Positions 43,439-57,241 are shown, numbered from the stretch's first letter. The stretch is 64,000 nucleotides of DNA from Eledone cirrhosa (GCA_964016885.1 OZ024751.1:17298001-17362000), one strand, 5' to 3'. Numbers and translations: made by a program. Notes: generated by a model from the letters alone, not told the origin.

Positions 43439-43445
<7 letters not shown>
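43083..43445. mobile_element. Near-perfect 300-bp palindrome (43146-43445) of a Penelope-like terminal repeat with a U3-A8 HHR on each arm
   Basis: Plus 43332-43369: CCUU UUGAAAA GCAG-AAGAA-CUGC GAAAC CG GCA AAGG; mirror at 43222-43259; cleavage triplet mutated (GCA here, GUA in the 20520 relative). Confidence 0.85.
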
Positions 43446-43481
<36 letters not shown>

Positions 43482-44829
43482 AAGATGAAGAGGCAGTATT
43501 TCTCTCTCTCTGTGAGAGAGAGCGAGAGAGAGAGAGAGAGAGAGACGCGCAGAGAGTAATACAGATAACCCTCTTTCTAAATAAGGTCCTTAAACAAAAC
43601 AGACCTTTAATTTATTTGGCTAGATTAGCTAGATTTTGCAACGTAAGTATTTAGTGTTGTTAAAAATCATTACAATGATGTCCGTCTTTGTCAAGTGGTT
43701 TATATTCGTCTCTAAATAAGTTAAAGGGAAAATATAGAGCACATACAGGACACAGGGGCAACCGCAATGAATACAGTAAAATATTCTATCCAAAGTTTCA
43801 ACGATTCCACTGTTTCACAAACTAGCATCTATATTTAATCTGGAGCTTTTTTGTAATTTAATGTCGTCGCAACTAACAAACAAAAAAAGAAAAAAAGGAA
43901 AAAGAATAACGGCTCATTCCATAGTTACATCTTCTTTGGCAAAATGTTACGAAGTCGAACTGCTTACAGGCTGGAGAATTAACAATGTATCGCTGGATGT
44001 AAACCTCATTTGTAAGATGAAAGAGCAGAAATAAAATATAGAGGAGCGGTAGTATATTTCCCTTATATTTCATACAAACAGATATATAGGAACTTTTGTT
44101 TGAGAACCGCTAGCGAGATTTGAAAATTATGAGCTAGTTAAACCTCATCGAATGTTTGTATTACCTTATAACAATAGTTTACGTCATAGGGCATATAACC
44201 TCTTTAAACAGAAAAGATACATAATGATCCTCTGTGGGACTCGAACCCACACCTTCTATGTAGCTTTAGCTTCCTCATAAATGAGAAATAAAATACGTAT
44301 TCTGCTTATTGTTCAACATGAGCGTTCGGTGATTTGTTAAATCACAGAAGCCTTTTGCATGTACAGGGTAGCATTACCAAAGATACAATATGTTAGTGCG
44401 ATGAACCAAAGTTTATATGAAGGTTGTAATGAATGTCATGACGTCATATCCAGCACATCGCTGATGAAGCACATGCATTTCTCAGCAGAGGAATATCAAA
44501 TTTGCTGTTCTATTGAAGTTGGAAAAGGAAAAAGAAAAAACGAAAAAAACAAACAACCCCAAAATCCAGAAATATTTAAACTTGTTGTAATGCACCACCC
44601 TCGAATCAAGAGATCGGAAATGTTGGAAAATTCAGCCCTTCAATATTCTCAACAAACAGTGGGGGATGTTTGAGTATCAGATAAAATGCCATTTCGGTAT
44701 TTATAATTCAATGTTCTGAGTTTAAATCCAAAGTTCATTTAAATCCGTTAATGCCTTCTGGCATTGTAGCTTCTTTCATCATCTATGCTTGTCCATCCAT
44801 TCCATTTGCTGGCGTGACTCAATTAGAAA

Positions 44830-45010
44830 TTAATTGTTTCTACTTTTGGCACAAGGCCAGCAATTAATCCAGTGTATTACTGGTACTTTATTTTATCGAC
44901 CTCGTAAGGATGAAAGGCAATGTTAACCTCGACGGGATTTGAACTCAGAATAGCAAGGGCCGTACTCTATGCGGCAAAGTATGGCATCCGACCCTCTACC
45001 GATACGGTCA
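44830..45010 (-). mobile_element. tRNA-derived SINE (S1)
   Basis: GGCACAAGGCCAGCAATT..GGGATTTGAACTCAGA..CCCTCTACCGATAC. Confidence 0.85.
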
Positions 45011-46295
45011 ATCCAGTAGAATTAATGAAATTAATTTATGAAAGCCAGAAGCTTTTAAATTCACCTCGGGGAAATTAATAGGAAGATGTGGCTCAAAGCA
45101 ATGATTTGATAATTTTTTATATTTTTTCCATATTGGAACGAAATGGCGAGAAAATAATTCCAAGTGATAATCTTTATTTCTTCCAAATTCTTTAAGGTTG
45201 TAAACATCAGGTGTTGCCCTCAAATTAATACAGAACATAGAATATATCCAGTTATAAAACATTTCAGATAACGTCAAGGTGGTGAGTTGACAGGGTCTAT
45301 AGTGCATCGGATAGAATGCTTTGCGTTGTTTGTTGTCCTTAATACTCTGAGATCTAATTCCGTTAAGGTGAATGTCACTTTTCCTTATTTCGGCCTCCAT
45401 CAATAAATTACCAGTCCAATACTGGAATCAATTCTTCTCTCTTCATTCTCAAGCATTTTCTCTCTTTACCTTCTTTCTGCTTCTCACTCTATCTCCTTCT
45501 CATTCTATCTTCTTCTCACTCTCTCATTCCCTTCACGTTTACCCTTCTCACCACCCCCTTGAAGAATTTGGTAGTATTCACACCTACAAAATGAATGGAA
45601 GTCGAGAAATTTAAAATATGTCTGGTACTTCATATCTCACGATGAGGCTTCTACAATTCTATTAGAAGTTTGGAACACATGCAATGTAGGTATACCTTCT
45701 CACATAATTTGCCTTATTTCAAAGATTGTTTCTCGTAGTTTCCAAAATTGATTAGAACACTTCTATGGAATTTATTGACCTTCAGAACGAAATGTTTTTA
45801 CTTTTAGGTATTGGCTCTAAGTTTCTATCATTTAAAACTTTTGACTGTTGTCGCGTTTTACTACTGTAATTCGGTATATGCGTTGAAGAAGTAATATAAT
45901 TTCCTGTTGAATACAATCCCCTGAACTGATACGAAAAGGTACTTGTATATGCTTGAGTTGTCTAATCATATACGAATTTAGTAAAACCTAATATCGTTGC
46001 AGTATTACATGGAGATTTTCATGGAAATTGTTTTTCCTCTTCAAAATGTCAACATAGAATCTCATAATATATTTCTACTCATATGCATGTTATATAACAC
46101 AGGCACGCATTTCCCCATACACCGATACGTACACACACACACATATATATATATAAAGTATGTATATGGGTGTGGGGGTGTGTTTGTGTACGTATATATA
46201 TATAAATTTACATTTATTGTATTCAGACATGTAGAGCGATAATTTATATATATGGGTGTGTGGGTGTGTTTGTGTGTGTATATATATACATATAT

Positions 46296-46356
<61 letters not shown>

Positions 46357-46482
46357 CATGTTCCTATATATATATATATAATGGCTGTGCTCCAGCATGG
46401 ACTAAGGGTGACGACTGGAACACGTAAAAAAGGTAAAATAATATATATATGTGTGTGTATGTATAATATATATATATATAGG

Positions 46483-46676
46483 TAAGTTATTCCGGGTTGA
46501 ATCGGAGGTAACCACAGTAAGTAAGGTACTCAATACATAGCAGAGTATAACAGTTATAATATAGATGATATTCTACAGGACTAGAACTGTTTCATTCTTT
46601 AGAAATCATTAGGAACCTCATTGAGATTCGTGATGATTTCTAAAGAATGAAACAGTTCTAGTCCTGTAGAATTTCA

Positions 46677-46687
<11 letters not shown>
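46483..46687. mobile_element. Family B element with an inverted pair of decayed HHRs
   Basis: Palindrome 46557-46687; cores CUAAUGA (-) and GUGAUGA (+); the intact version is at 62973-63025. Confidence 0.8.
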
Positions 46688-46720
<33 letters not shown>

Positions 46721-46918
46721 GAAAATGCAGAAATTAATGTGAGCGAGAAGCCAACAGTAATTCATACATATAAGTGACTATTACGTCATGATGGAAAGTA
46801 TTAACGTAAGGTATGGGAAAATAATTCAAACTCAATTCAAAAAAAGTCAAGACAAATTTTATCCACAGATTTTGTGTAAACCAGGGAAAAAACCAATAGA
46901 GTCTCAACTCAGAATAAA

Positions 46919-47318
46919 ATTAATTGTTTCTACTTTAGACACAAGGTCAGCAATTATCCAATACATTACTGGTACTTTATTTTATCGACCCCGTAAGGAT
47001 GAAAGGCAAAGTTAACCTCGGCCGGATTTGAACTCAGACTGTAAAGGGACGTAACTATGCTAGAAAGCATGGCGTCCAACCCTCTACCGATACTGCCAAT
47101 TCACCGCCCTTAACTCAGAATAAAATTAATTGTTTCTACTTTAGGCACAAGGCCAGCAAAATCACCAGTGTATTACTGGTACTTTATTTTATCGACCCCG
47201 TAAGGATGAAAGGCAAAGTTAACCTCGGCGGGATTTGAACTCAGAATGGCAAGGGGCGTAACTCTATGCGCCAAAGCATGGCATCCGACACTCTACCAAT
47301 ACTGCCAATCCACCGCCT
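46919..47318 (-). mobile_element. Two tandem full-length SINEs (S1)
   Basis: 46919-47110 and 47126-47318, with shared flank AACTCAGAATAAAATTAAT. Confidence 0.9.
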
Positions 47319-47404
47319 GAATAAAATTAATGGTAAGAATAAAATTAATGTTAAATACTTATCCTTCATTTTGGAAAAATCTACAAATGCTCTATAAAGT
47401 CTTA

Positions 47405-47442
<38 letters not shown>

Positions 47443-47749
47443 CATAAAGAGATATATTTTTGCCGAAGTGATAGATATTTCTATGTGTTTATAATATTTA
47501 AAACTATGAATAATTGATTGGTGCTACACATTCAATATGAAGAAATACAGGCAGCAAAATAATCAGCATCACATGACATATTTTAAACTATATCCTTCTT
47601 CTTTTCAAATGAGTTGTGTTGGTTGTATCACATTGCTTTGGCTTCACAAGTGACACCATTGATGGAATAAGTAATTTATTGGGGTTTGTTAAATTCAAGA
47701 GATATTTATTTATATACAATGGTATCGTTTTATAAATGTGTTATGTTGA

Positions 47750-49404
47750 TTATGATTGCCATGAGGATGATGGTGATGATGGCGGTGATGATGATGGTGA
47801 AGATGATGATGATGATGATGATGATGACGATGACGACCATGATGATGGTGATGGTGATGGTGATGGTGATGACGGTGATGATGGTGATGATGATGATGAT
47901 GACGATGGTGATGACGACAATGACAATGATCATGATGATGATCATGATCATGATGATGATCATGATCATGATGATAATGACGATGACGATGATAATGACG
48001 ATGCCGATGATGATGATGACGATGACGATGACGATGACGATGATGAAGATGATGATGATGACGATGATAATGATGATGACCGCACGTCGTAGTGGCGCTG
48101 CATCTGCATCTGCTGCTACTATGATATATGATACGATATGATATATGATATGATATGATATATGATGGTGGTGGTGATGGTGAGACGATGGTGATGGTGG
48201 TGACGGTGTTGATGATGATGATGATGATGATGTGATATGATATATGATATGATATGATATATGATGGTGGTGGTGATGGTGAGACGATGGTGATGGTGGT
48301 GACGGTGATGATGATGGTGATGGTGATGTGATATGATATATGATACGATATGATATATGATGGTGGTGGTGATGGTGAGACGATGGTGACGGTGGTGATG
48401 ATGGTGATGATGATGTGATATGATATATGATATGATATGATATATGATGGTGGTGGTGATGGTGAGACGATGGTGATGGTGGTGACGGTGTTGATGATGG
48501 TGATGATGATGATGTGATATGATATATGATACGATATGATATATGATGGTGGTGGTGATGGTGAGACGATGGTGATGGTGGTGACGGTGTTGATGATGAT
48601 GATGATGATGATGTGATATGATATATGATACGATATGATATATGATGGTGGTGGTGATGGTGAGACGATGGCGATGGTGGTGACGGTGTTGATGATGGTG
48701 ATGGTGAGACGATGGTGATGGTGATGATGATGGTGATGATGATGTGATATGATATATGATACGATATGATATATGATGGTGGTGGTGATGGTGAGACGAT
48801 GGTGATGGTGATGATGATGGTGATGATGATGTGATATGATATATGATACGATATGATATATGATGGTGGTGGTGATGGTGAGACGATGGTGATGGTGGTG
48901 ACGGTGATGATGATGATGATGGTGAGACGATGGTGATGGTGATGATGATGGTGATGATGATGTGATATGATATATGATATGATATGATATATGATATGAT
49001 ATGATATATGATGGTGGTGGTGATGGTGAGACGATGGTGATGGTGGTGACGGTGTTGATGATGGTGATGATGAGACGATGGTGATGGTGATGATGATGGT
49101 GATGATGATGTGATATGATATATGATATGATATGATATATGATGGTGGTGGTGATGGTGAGACGATGGTGATGGTGATGATGATGGTGATGATGATGTGA
49201 TATGATATATGATATGATATGATATATGATTGTGGTGGTGATGGTGAGACGATGGTGATGGTGGTGACGGTGTTGATGATGATGATGGTGAGACGATGGT
49301 GATGGTGATGATGAGGGTGATGATGATGTGATATGATATATGATATGATATGATATATGATTGTGGTGGTGATGGTGAGACGATGGTGGTGGTGGTGACG
49401 GTGA

Positions 49405-49436
<32 letters not shown>

Positions 49437-49438
49437 TG
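47750..49438. repeat. (GAT/GGT/GAC)n microsatellite grading into a ~57-110-bp higher-order minisatellite
   Basis: Recurring GATGTGATATGATATATGATA(C/T)GATATGATATATGATGGTGGTGGTGATGGTGAGACGATGGTG. Confidence 0.9.
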
Positions 49439-50409
49439 GATTTCATTACAGCTGTACTTTTACTTTGAGGTTGTCGATAGGTCTCATGTTGTCTTCTTTT
49501 TCTATTTAACGATGGAATTGTCATCCCTGCAACTGACACATTCATACCTAGACGTCAAAATAAATTGAATATAAATAAATAAATATAATAGTGAGAACTT
49601 TAATATAACGTGAGTGTGGAGATATATAATATTGAAAGCGATAAGGAAAGATGAGAGAATGTAGGGATACAGGGAAGGGGAAAATATATAGAAAAAGAAT
49701 AAGAGAATAAGAGAATAAGAGAATAAGAGAAAAAGAGAATAAGAGAAAAAGAGAATGAGCAAATGTCAGAATGAAATTAAACGGAGAAAATAAAGTGCAA
49801 AGATCAAATGAAGAAGTTTAGAGAAATGACTAGAGAAATGCAAGGAAGACATATGAATACTTAAACGCAGGAAAAAGAGTAAAGAAGAAGGTGAACATGT
49901 AGGAAAGCTGCAGCATGGATGGATTAATTATTGTATAGCAGAGTGTTTGATCCAAGAGTGTTAAGTCAGATTTACAAACTGAAATGTAATTATATATGGA
50001 TGGAATTCTCTAAAAAAAATTGATGGCACACATTGTTTGCCACCAGCCTCCATCGACACATAGTCTCCCTCAAATCCTGGATTTTCCCTTTTCCGCCTTC
50101 TCTTTATCTTTCTATCTCACTCTGTCTCTTTCAGACAAACATCCTCTAAATATTGGGTTCGATTCTCACTCGTTCTGGGAGAAATTGGCAATATTCCGAT
50201 ATGGACATGAGTGGACTCCGCTCGCATTAAAATTCTGCGCACTCTTCACCAATGAACGGAATCCTTACCTAGTTTGAAGTAATAGAAACCATATGGAAGA
50301 TATGTTGAACAGGGATTTTTACTTTGACGCTAAATTCTGCCAGTTGCAGACTCCGCCTCAACATGAGATATTTTTCTCCATAAAGTTCGATCACCATCAA
50401 TAAAGTTTA

Positions 50410-50478
50410 AACATCCAGACCAGTCACATGGATAAATATAGTTGAATGACAGTGGATTTAGCTGGCTAGCTAGATAGG

Positions 50479-50565
<87 letters not shown>

Positions 50566-50715
50566 TTTATATATATATGTATATATATGTAGCTAGATAG
50601 GATATATATATATATATATATAAAATATATATATAAAAATATATCCTATCTATCTAGCCAGCTAAATCCACTCTCATTCAACTATATCTATCCATGTGAC
50701 TGGACTTGATGTTTA
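50410..50715. repeat. Inverted duplication of ~75 bp of flank around a (TA)n tract
   Basis: 50410-50482 mirrors 50641-50715. Confidence 0.8.
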
Positions 50716-50748
50716 TATATATATATATATATTATATATATATATATA

Positions 50749-51855
50749 GGAACGACTAGGACCCCGACGGCTGAGCTCAAGCCGTTTCGACGGCTAATTC
50801 TGGACTAAATGAACATTTTTATCCTGGTATTTGAATAGCCGAGCTTCTCAAGGGGTAATTCCATATATGGTAAAAGTGATTGTCACAAGGATTGGTCAAA
50901 AGTTTGTTGTTGAGACATAATAATTCTATGATGGCAATTTGTGGAGGGAAGGGGTAGTTGAACCTGCCAGTAGGAGAAAGAGGGAGGGGGTGGAGGAGAC
51001 CCAGTCATGCGTTGATAGTGCGAGACTATAGCTGGGCATGAGGTCAAAGAAGATACTAGGGAGGGGGGGGGGAGTGGAAACAATAAGTAAAACCATATGG
51101 GGTAAATATATAGAAAAATACCGAGAGTGTTAAAAAGCAATTAAAAGTAAAAAAAAAAAATAAACAAGTTCTGGTTACTACGACCTAAATCTCTCATTGA
51201 TACTGCTAGACTAAAGAAAGGTTTACTAGGTGGGACGGAATTATAATGAGACCCTTTTAAGAGGTATAAGTAATAAACCGAGTATATCTTACGGAGACGG
51301 GTCAACAAGTGAGGGGCCAAAATACTAAAGAAACTACCACGAAATAATAAATAAATAAAGGTTTCTACCCCAGGCATAAGGTCAGCAACCACCCAGTGTA
51401 GATAAGTAAACTAATACGAAATAATAATTCAGAATGCCGAAAAAGAATACTAATACTATCTCTAAGGGTGCCGCCAAGATAAAAAAGTTCTATGCAAACT
51501 ACATAAATGCTCGTACGAAGTATATGTAAAATTTGATACGGAAAATTAATTCAGAACCCCCCCCCCCCCCCCCCCCACACCAAAAAAAAAAGAATATAAA
51601 TACTGATATACGAGAAATTAAAGCAAAGATACCACTAATAAATATAGAAAGCACGGAAAAGGGGCAGCGGTCGGATAAAAAGGCAAGTATCCGGGGTCTA
51701 ACACATCTGCTATAAAAAGCGGAGTCGGCCAAATCTATCATAGAATGAGCTCAGCCGTCGGGGTCCTACTGGTTCCTATTACCCACTCTACTACCCTAAG
51801 TATTGAGTACTTTGGTGCGTTATGGTCCACCTGGTTCCTTACCACATTTCATCCG

Positions 51856-51858
<3 letters not shown>
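50749..51858 (-). mobile_element. Family A non-autonomous Penelope-like element with an inverted terminal piece, in (TA)n
   Basis: Homolog of 29163-30003 and 56218-56810; 51746-51858 is an inverted copy of the terminal repeat; no ORF. Confidence 0.8.
50761..50856 (-). ncRNA. Type I HHR with U3-A8 core, long stem II and palindromic stem III
   Basis: Minus: ACCCC UUGAGAA GCUCGGCUA..UAGCCGUC GAAAC GGCUUGAGCUCAGCC GUC GGGGU. Confidence 0.82.
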
Positions 51859-51915
<57 letters not shown>

Positions 51916-52389
51916 CCCATATCTTTACCCTTCGCTTTACATGCCTAACTATGTCTCAATGGCCCTAGTATGTCTTTGTCAGAGTTGAGTCCAAACTATT
52001 GCAAATATTCGGCTTTTATCCCTTATTTCAGGTTATAATTTCAACACTGCCTTCCAAATATATATATATTTTTTTTATATAGTGCCACTGATTGTTGATG
52101 CGTTAGAGATGCTACCAGAGGATCTCAGCTAGGACATTGTGTAGCCTCGACATCCTAAAGATGGTTTATATTTGTGTAAACATTTCTGACGTAGTTGCCA
52201 GTTTTTTTAATTCTCCTTGCTTTTGTTGCTTTTGTTTATTTAATATAGTGCGTTATACCTCATAGTTATCGTATTTCAGGACGATCATTTTAATGACCAT
52301 CATATTTAATGAGAATTTTATTTAATGGGCATCATTTTAATGAACATCATGTTTATTTACCACTATATTTAATTCGGATACCATGCTTT

Positions 52390-52920
52390 GTTCTGAGTTC
52401 AAATCCCGCCGAGGTTACCTTTGCCTTTCAGGGGTCGGTAAAATGAAGTATTAGTCACGCACTGGCGTCTATCCAATCGACTTTTCCCTCTCCTCAAATT
52501 ACTGGCCTTGTGCCTAAACTAGAAACCATTATATTTAATGACCATCATATTTAATGGAATTGGTAGTATCGGTAGAGAGTCGGACGCCATGCTTTCCAAC
52601 ATAGTTACGTCCCTTTACGGTCTGAGTTCAAATACCGCCGAGGCTAACTTTGCCTTTCATCCTAAGGGGGTCGATAAAATAAAGTATCAGTAATGCACTG
52701 GTTAATTGCTGGCCATGTGCCAAAAGTAGAAACAATTATATTTAAAGATTGGCTGTATCAGTAGAGAGTCAGGCACCATGCTTTCCAGTATTGTTACATC
52801 CCTTTACGGTCTGAGTTCAAATCCCGCCGAGGTTAACATCCATACGGGTCGATGAAATAAAGTACCAGTAATGCACTGAGATAATTGCTGGCCTTGTGCC
52901 AAAAGTAGAAACAATTATAT
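52390..52920 (+). mobile_element. Three tandem SINE (S1) copies
   Basis: ~52390-52530, 52558-52740 and 52748-52920, each ending TAGAAAC(A/C)ATTATATTTAA. Confidence 0.88.
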
Positions 52921-54369
52921 TTAAAGACCATCAGATTTAATGGCCTATGAATATAGTCATCATGTAGTTAGGTAATTAGTTGAAGAATGCAGATTCTTAA
53001 ATAATATTGAGACACATTTAAATTTTAAACCAGCTTTGCATAGACCTATGTAGAAATATCCGTACAAGAGATGCTGTCGGCAAATATACTATTTGAGGAA
53101 AGAAAATTTGCTCCTCATAAAATAAGCTTTAAGTTTGCCAGACGTTCCCAGCGTCTAGGAAATAAAGCTGTAGGCGAGCGAAACGCTTGCCAATTCAACG
53201 TGTTCATGTTTGAGGGAAATGTTAGCATGATTCCCACCTCATTTGAAATAATGAAATAAAGACAAAAATCATGCAAACCATTAAATGAAGTTTATGTGTA
53301 AGAAAAATAATTGAAAAATGCAAGTTGTAAAAGAAGAAACGAAATAACCGTTGAAAAAAGAAACTTTATAAAGTCTGAAGAGAACGAACAATTGTGTGTC
53401 TGAAATAGAATTTGAAAAAATAAATGATAGAAAGAGTTCGAGCAGGTGGTAAAAAATACAGGAAACTAGAAAGGAAAAAATAGAAGGAAACAAAGAAAAA
53501 TATTTGAGTGAATATTTGGTTCTATAAATATTTTATTTTGATTTTATAATATATTTTACAAAAAAGATTTAGAAATAACTGCATAATTAAAAATAAATCA
53601 TTATGCAATGAAAATATTAGCAAAGACTGTGTGCTTCAATATTTCTTTTAGTAACAACGTGATTCTGGCTTATAAATGAACACACGCACGCACACATATA
53701 TACATACACATATATACACATACACATTTACACATATATGCACGTGCGTAGATATATACATATAACTCATATTACTCATGTATACACATATAACTCAAAG
53801 CATGCACATCCACACATACAGTAACATCCATACCTGCGCACATACACGCATGCATGTAGACATGCATATATATATCTACCTAGTTGATGTTGTTTAAATT
53901 CCAATGAGAGAGAGTCTCGTGTCTGTTAGAAATCAACTCTCTCGCTATTTGGTAAATATTTATAAAATCATAAAACCAGAAGAATATACATACATGTGTA
54001 TTGTGTGTGTGTGTGTGGGGGGGGGGGGGGGGTTTAAATTTAATTAGCATTTAAAACATTAAACTTGAACTAAGTAAATGAGTTTTGCTGATAAACAATT
54101 CCCGGTGTATTAGCTTAGCTTTTATTCCACGATATTTGTGAAGCTTCTTGACTTGGTAGTTACGGCGATCGGGTTTAGGGTTGTAAGAAGATATTTTGCG
54201 TCGCGTTATTTGAGGATAAGGATAAAGATCCCATAACTCCTTGTGGAGTCTTAGAAGCCCTGTCATACAGCGTGTCTAGGGTACTTTTAAACCTGGCGGA
54301 GCCCAACCCTCTCTGGGTCTGAACACAGCCGATTGTTTCTATAGTGGAAGAATCGAACGCAATACTGGA

Positions 54370-54510
54370 CTGGTACTTTTTTATCGACCTCGAAAGGATT
54401 AAAGGCAAAGTTGACTCCGGTGGGATTTGAACTCAGAGCGTGCAATGCGGTGAAGACGACTACCGTACAGCATTCTATCCAACGTCTTAGCGACTCTGCC
54501 AATTCGCCGA
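54370..54510 (-). mobile_element. tRNA-derived SINE (S1-related)
   Basis: CTGGTACTTTTTTATCGACC..GGGATTTGAACTCAGAGCG..TCTGCCAATTCGCCG. Confidence 0.8.
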
Positions 54511-55429
54511 CCAAGATATTATCAGTTAAAAAGCTAGTTTTGTTACACAATTTGTCAAACTAAATCCTCATCAAAACTGAGTTCATTGTAACCGTATCTG
54601 TGGAATTCTCAATCAATTGCCCATTACTTTTACGAGCCGGCTGTTCTGTGGTGCCGAAGAACAATCATTGTCAAAATCGACGGAGGTACAATACACACAT
54701 TCAATAATTATAATGTCATTGTCATTACATTTTCTGGAACAGTGTTTAGTATTATATAAACACTATTTCTCGGCTTCTATTCATTATATACTTAATATAT
54801 ATTTTTTTAAACTTCAATATCTTAAAGATAGAGCAGACAATACCATTGTTGTATTCTAATTGAAAACCCATCGAAAAGATTAACACATCAAAAGAAAAAT
54901 ATATCTATGAGACACGCACAACAATAATATAGGAGACATATAATTGATAAAACTTTGCCATAAGATAGATTTTCATTTTCCTTTTTTGAAGTAAGATCAA
55001 CATCAACTAGACTGTTATACGGAGCTAAAGCTTGGAACATATTTCTAATTTGAAAAAATATGTTGAGTAAATAAATATATGCGTTGCTAGAGACGATGAC
55101 AGTTGATGGTTGGTAAATAACAAGATTGTTATTTACATGATATACTCATAATATCTGACAAACTATTTTGCTTATCATCTAATGTTTTCGGTACAATCAC
55201 CTCATCATTTGTATTTTGTCATTTGTGTCTCACTGTATGTCATTTAGTTTCGAATTGCACACCCACTGATACATACACATCACACATATCCATTCTTTCC
55301 TACTATCACAAGCGTTAAACGCATATGTTTCTAAATTATAATATTTCCTTACTTGTTTCCGTTATATATATATATATTTGTTTTGCGAGGTTTTTGATAT
55401 GAAATCGTGTGTCGAAACAGATACTGTTA

Positions 55430-55849
55430 TACTTTAAGAAAGCCCACTGTACTAATAGGAAATGTATTATATGTGAAGTAAACCCTCGGATAAACTGTAT
55501 AGCTAGAAACGTAGTCTATAGCATAGGATGTACAGAGGGTACTTGCAGAAACATGACAACAACATGCATAGGCGAGAGAACTGGTAGCATGGGTGAAAGG
55601 ATAGACCAACACTGGGGGGAACTAAAAGGAGGAAAAGTCGGTTCAGTACTATACGAACACGTCAGACAACAACATGACGGTAACATAGACAACATAGAAA
55701 TTAAAATATCTAAACATAGAAATGACCCAGCAGATAGGCAAATCAGAGAGGCAAGTGAAATAAAACTTAAAAGGCCAAAGCTAAACCGAAAAAATGAATG
55801 GAATAACAACAACAACCAAACAAACAATACTGACCTAAGAGAAATATAA
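55430..55849 (+). pseudogene. Penelope-like element GIY-YIG endonuclease C-terminus (5'-truncated)
   Basis: C..C..C motif, then NVVYSIGC..C..CIGERTGSMGERIDQH..LYEH..H..RQIREASEIKLKRPKLNRKNEW, matching the PLE pattern VVY..YIGET..R..H..E..I..P.LN; no RT domain upstream. Confidence 0.85.
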
Positions 55850-56083
55850 ATAAATAAATATATACACAAACACAATAACAACAAACACATATAAGCACAC
55901 ACTAGTAAACTAAGATAGCATACAATAACCAAAACACAGTCAACCAAACGCGAACCCACACCAAACACTATACACACACGCAAGTGCATGCGCAGAGAAG
56001 AATACAAAAATAAATAAATAAATAAATAAACAGATTAAATGAAGATGGCGTAAATATACAATACAACAGGAGGAACATAATAG

Positions 56084-56126
56084 CACCACTGACGATGTTA
56101 CAGATGTGCAACGAAAGAACTTTGTT
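56084..56126 (+). ncRNA. HHR-like motif in the 3' terminal region of the GIY-YIG element
   Basis: CA CUGACGA U GUUACA-GA-UGUGCAAC GAAAG AA CUU UG; stem I weak. Confidence 0.55.
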
Positions 56127-56180
56127 AGACTATATATATGTGTTAATCTTCTAATTTATTATTATTACTATATATATATA

Positions 56181-56217
<37 letters not shown>

Positions 56218-56220
<3 letters not shown>

Positions 56221-56810
56221 CGTAGGAAATTTGGTAAGGAACCAGATGGACCATAACGCACCAAAGTACTCAATATTTAGGGTAGTAGAGTGGGTAATAG
56301 GAACAAGTATGACCCGCACGGCAGAGCTCAAGCCGTTTCGACGGCTAATTCTGGACTAAATAAGAATTTTTAGCCTGGTAAATAAATAGCCGAACTTCTC
56401 AGGGGTAATTCCTTATTTGGGAAGATCGTAATTGTCAAAAGGATTGGTCAAAAATTTGTTGTAAAGACAGATGAATCTATCATGCCATTTAGTGGGAGGT
56501 AGGGGTAGCTGAACTTGCCGGTAGAACAAAGAGAGAGTGGGGGAAACCCAGTCAAGCGTTGAAAGTGAAATCTATACAGCAGATTCTAAGGACAGTGTAT
56601 AGAAGGTTGAAATAAGTGTACTGGGGAAGGGGATGGGGGGTGTGAGTTGAAAGAATGGGTAAATCGAAAGGGAGTAAACAAAAAAAACATTATAAAAATA
56701 AGGAAGTAAATATATAAAAAACAATTTCAGGTTACTACTCCACCCCACAATCACCAAATCTCTCACTGGTATTGCTAAGCTATAGATAAGTTTAATAGGT
56801 GGAGAACAAT
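56218..56810 (-). mobile_element. Family A element, diverged copy
   Basis: Homologous to 50749-51250; decayed HHR at 56312-56406. Confidence 0.75.
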
Positions 56811-56848
56811 ACTAAATACGAGATTGTATGTTAAAAATCACTGAATAA

Positions 56849-56897
56849 TTGCTCCGAAGACGCCAAACCTCGGTTTGGAAGAAACAATTGTAAGCAA
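56849..56897 (+). ncRNA. HHR with CCGAAGA core
   Basis: UUGCU CCGAAGA CG CCAAAC-CUCG-GUUUGG AA GAAAC AAUU GUA AGCAA, overlapping AAUAAA. Confidence 0.7.
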
Positions 56898-56941
56898 ATA
56901 AATGATTTAAACAGAACCTTGTTTCATGTGATCTCTATATG

Positions 56942-57038
<97 letters not shown>

Positions 57039-57130
57039 AAGGAATAGACCGTTATCTGTTTTTAGTGTACGTTCATTTTTATTTCACGTGTTTCCATCGT
57101 GATCCGGCACAAAACCGAGAGTCTAATGTA

Positions 57131-57180
<50 letters not shown>

Positions 57181-57198
57181 CGTGTGTGTTTCTGTATG

Positions 57199-57241
<43 letters not shown>

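Noticed and set aside
47710-49545. 611-aa His/Ile/Thr/Ser-rich ORF and overlapping poly-Met/poly-Asp ORFs
   Set aside because: Translation of a GAT/GGT micro/minisatellite that lacks stops on one strand; no domain or splice evidence
55516-56007. 163-aa minus-strand ORF, and minus ORFs over 60197-60907
   Set aside because: Antisense shadows of the GIY-YIG and CRE-like remnants
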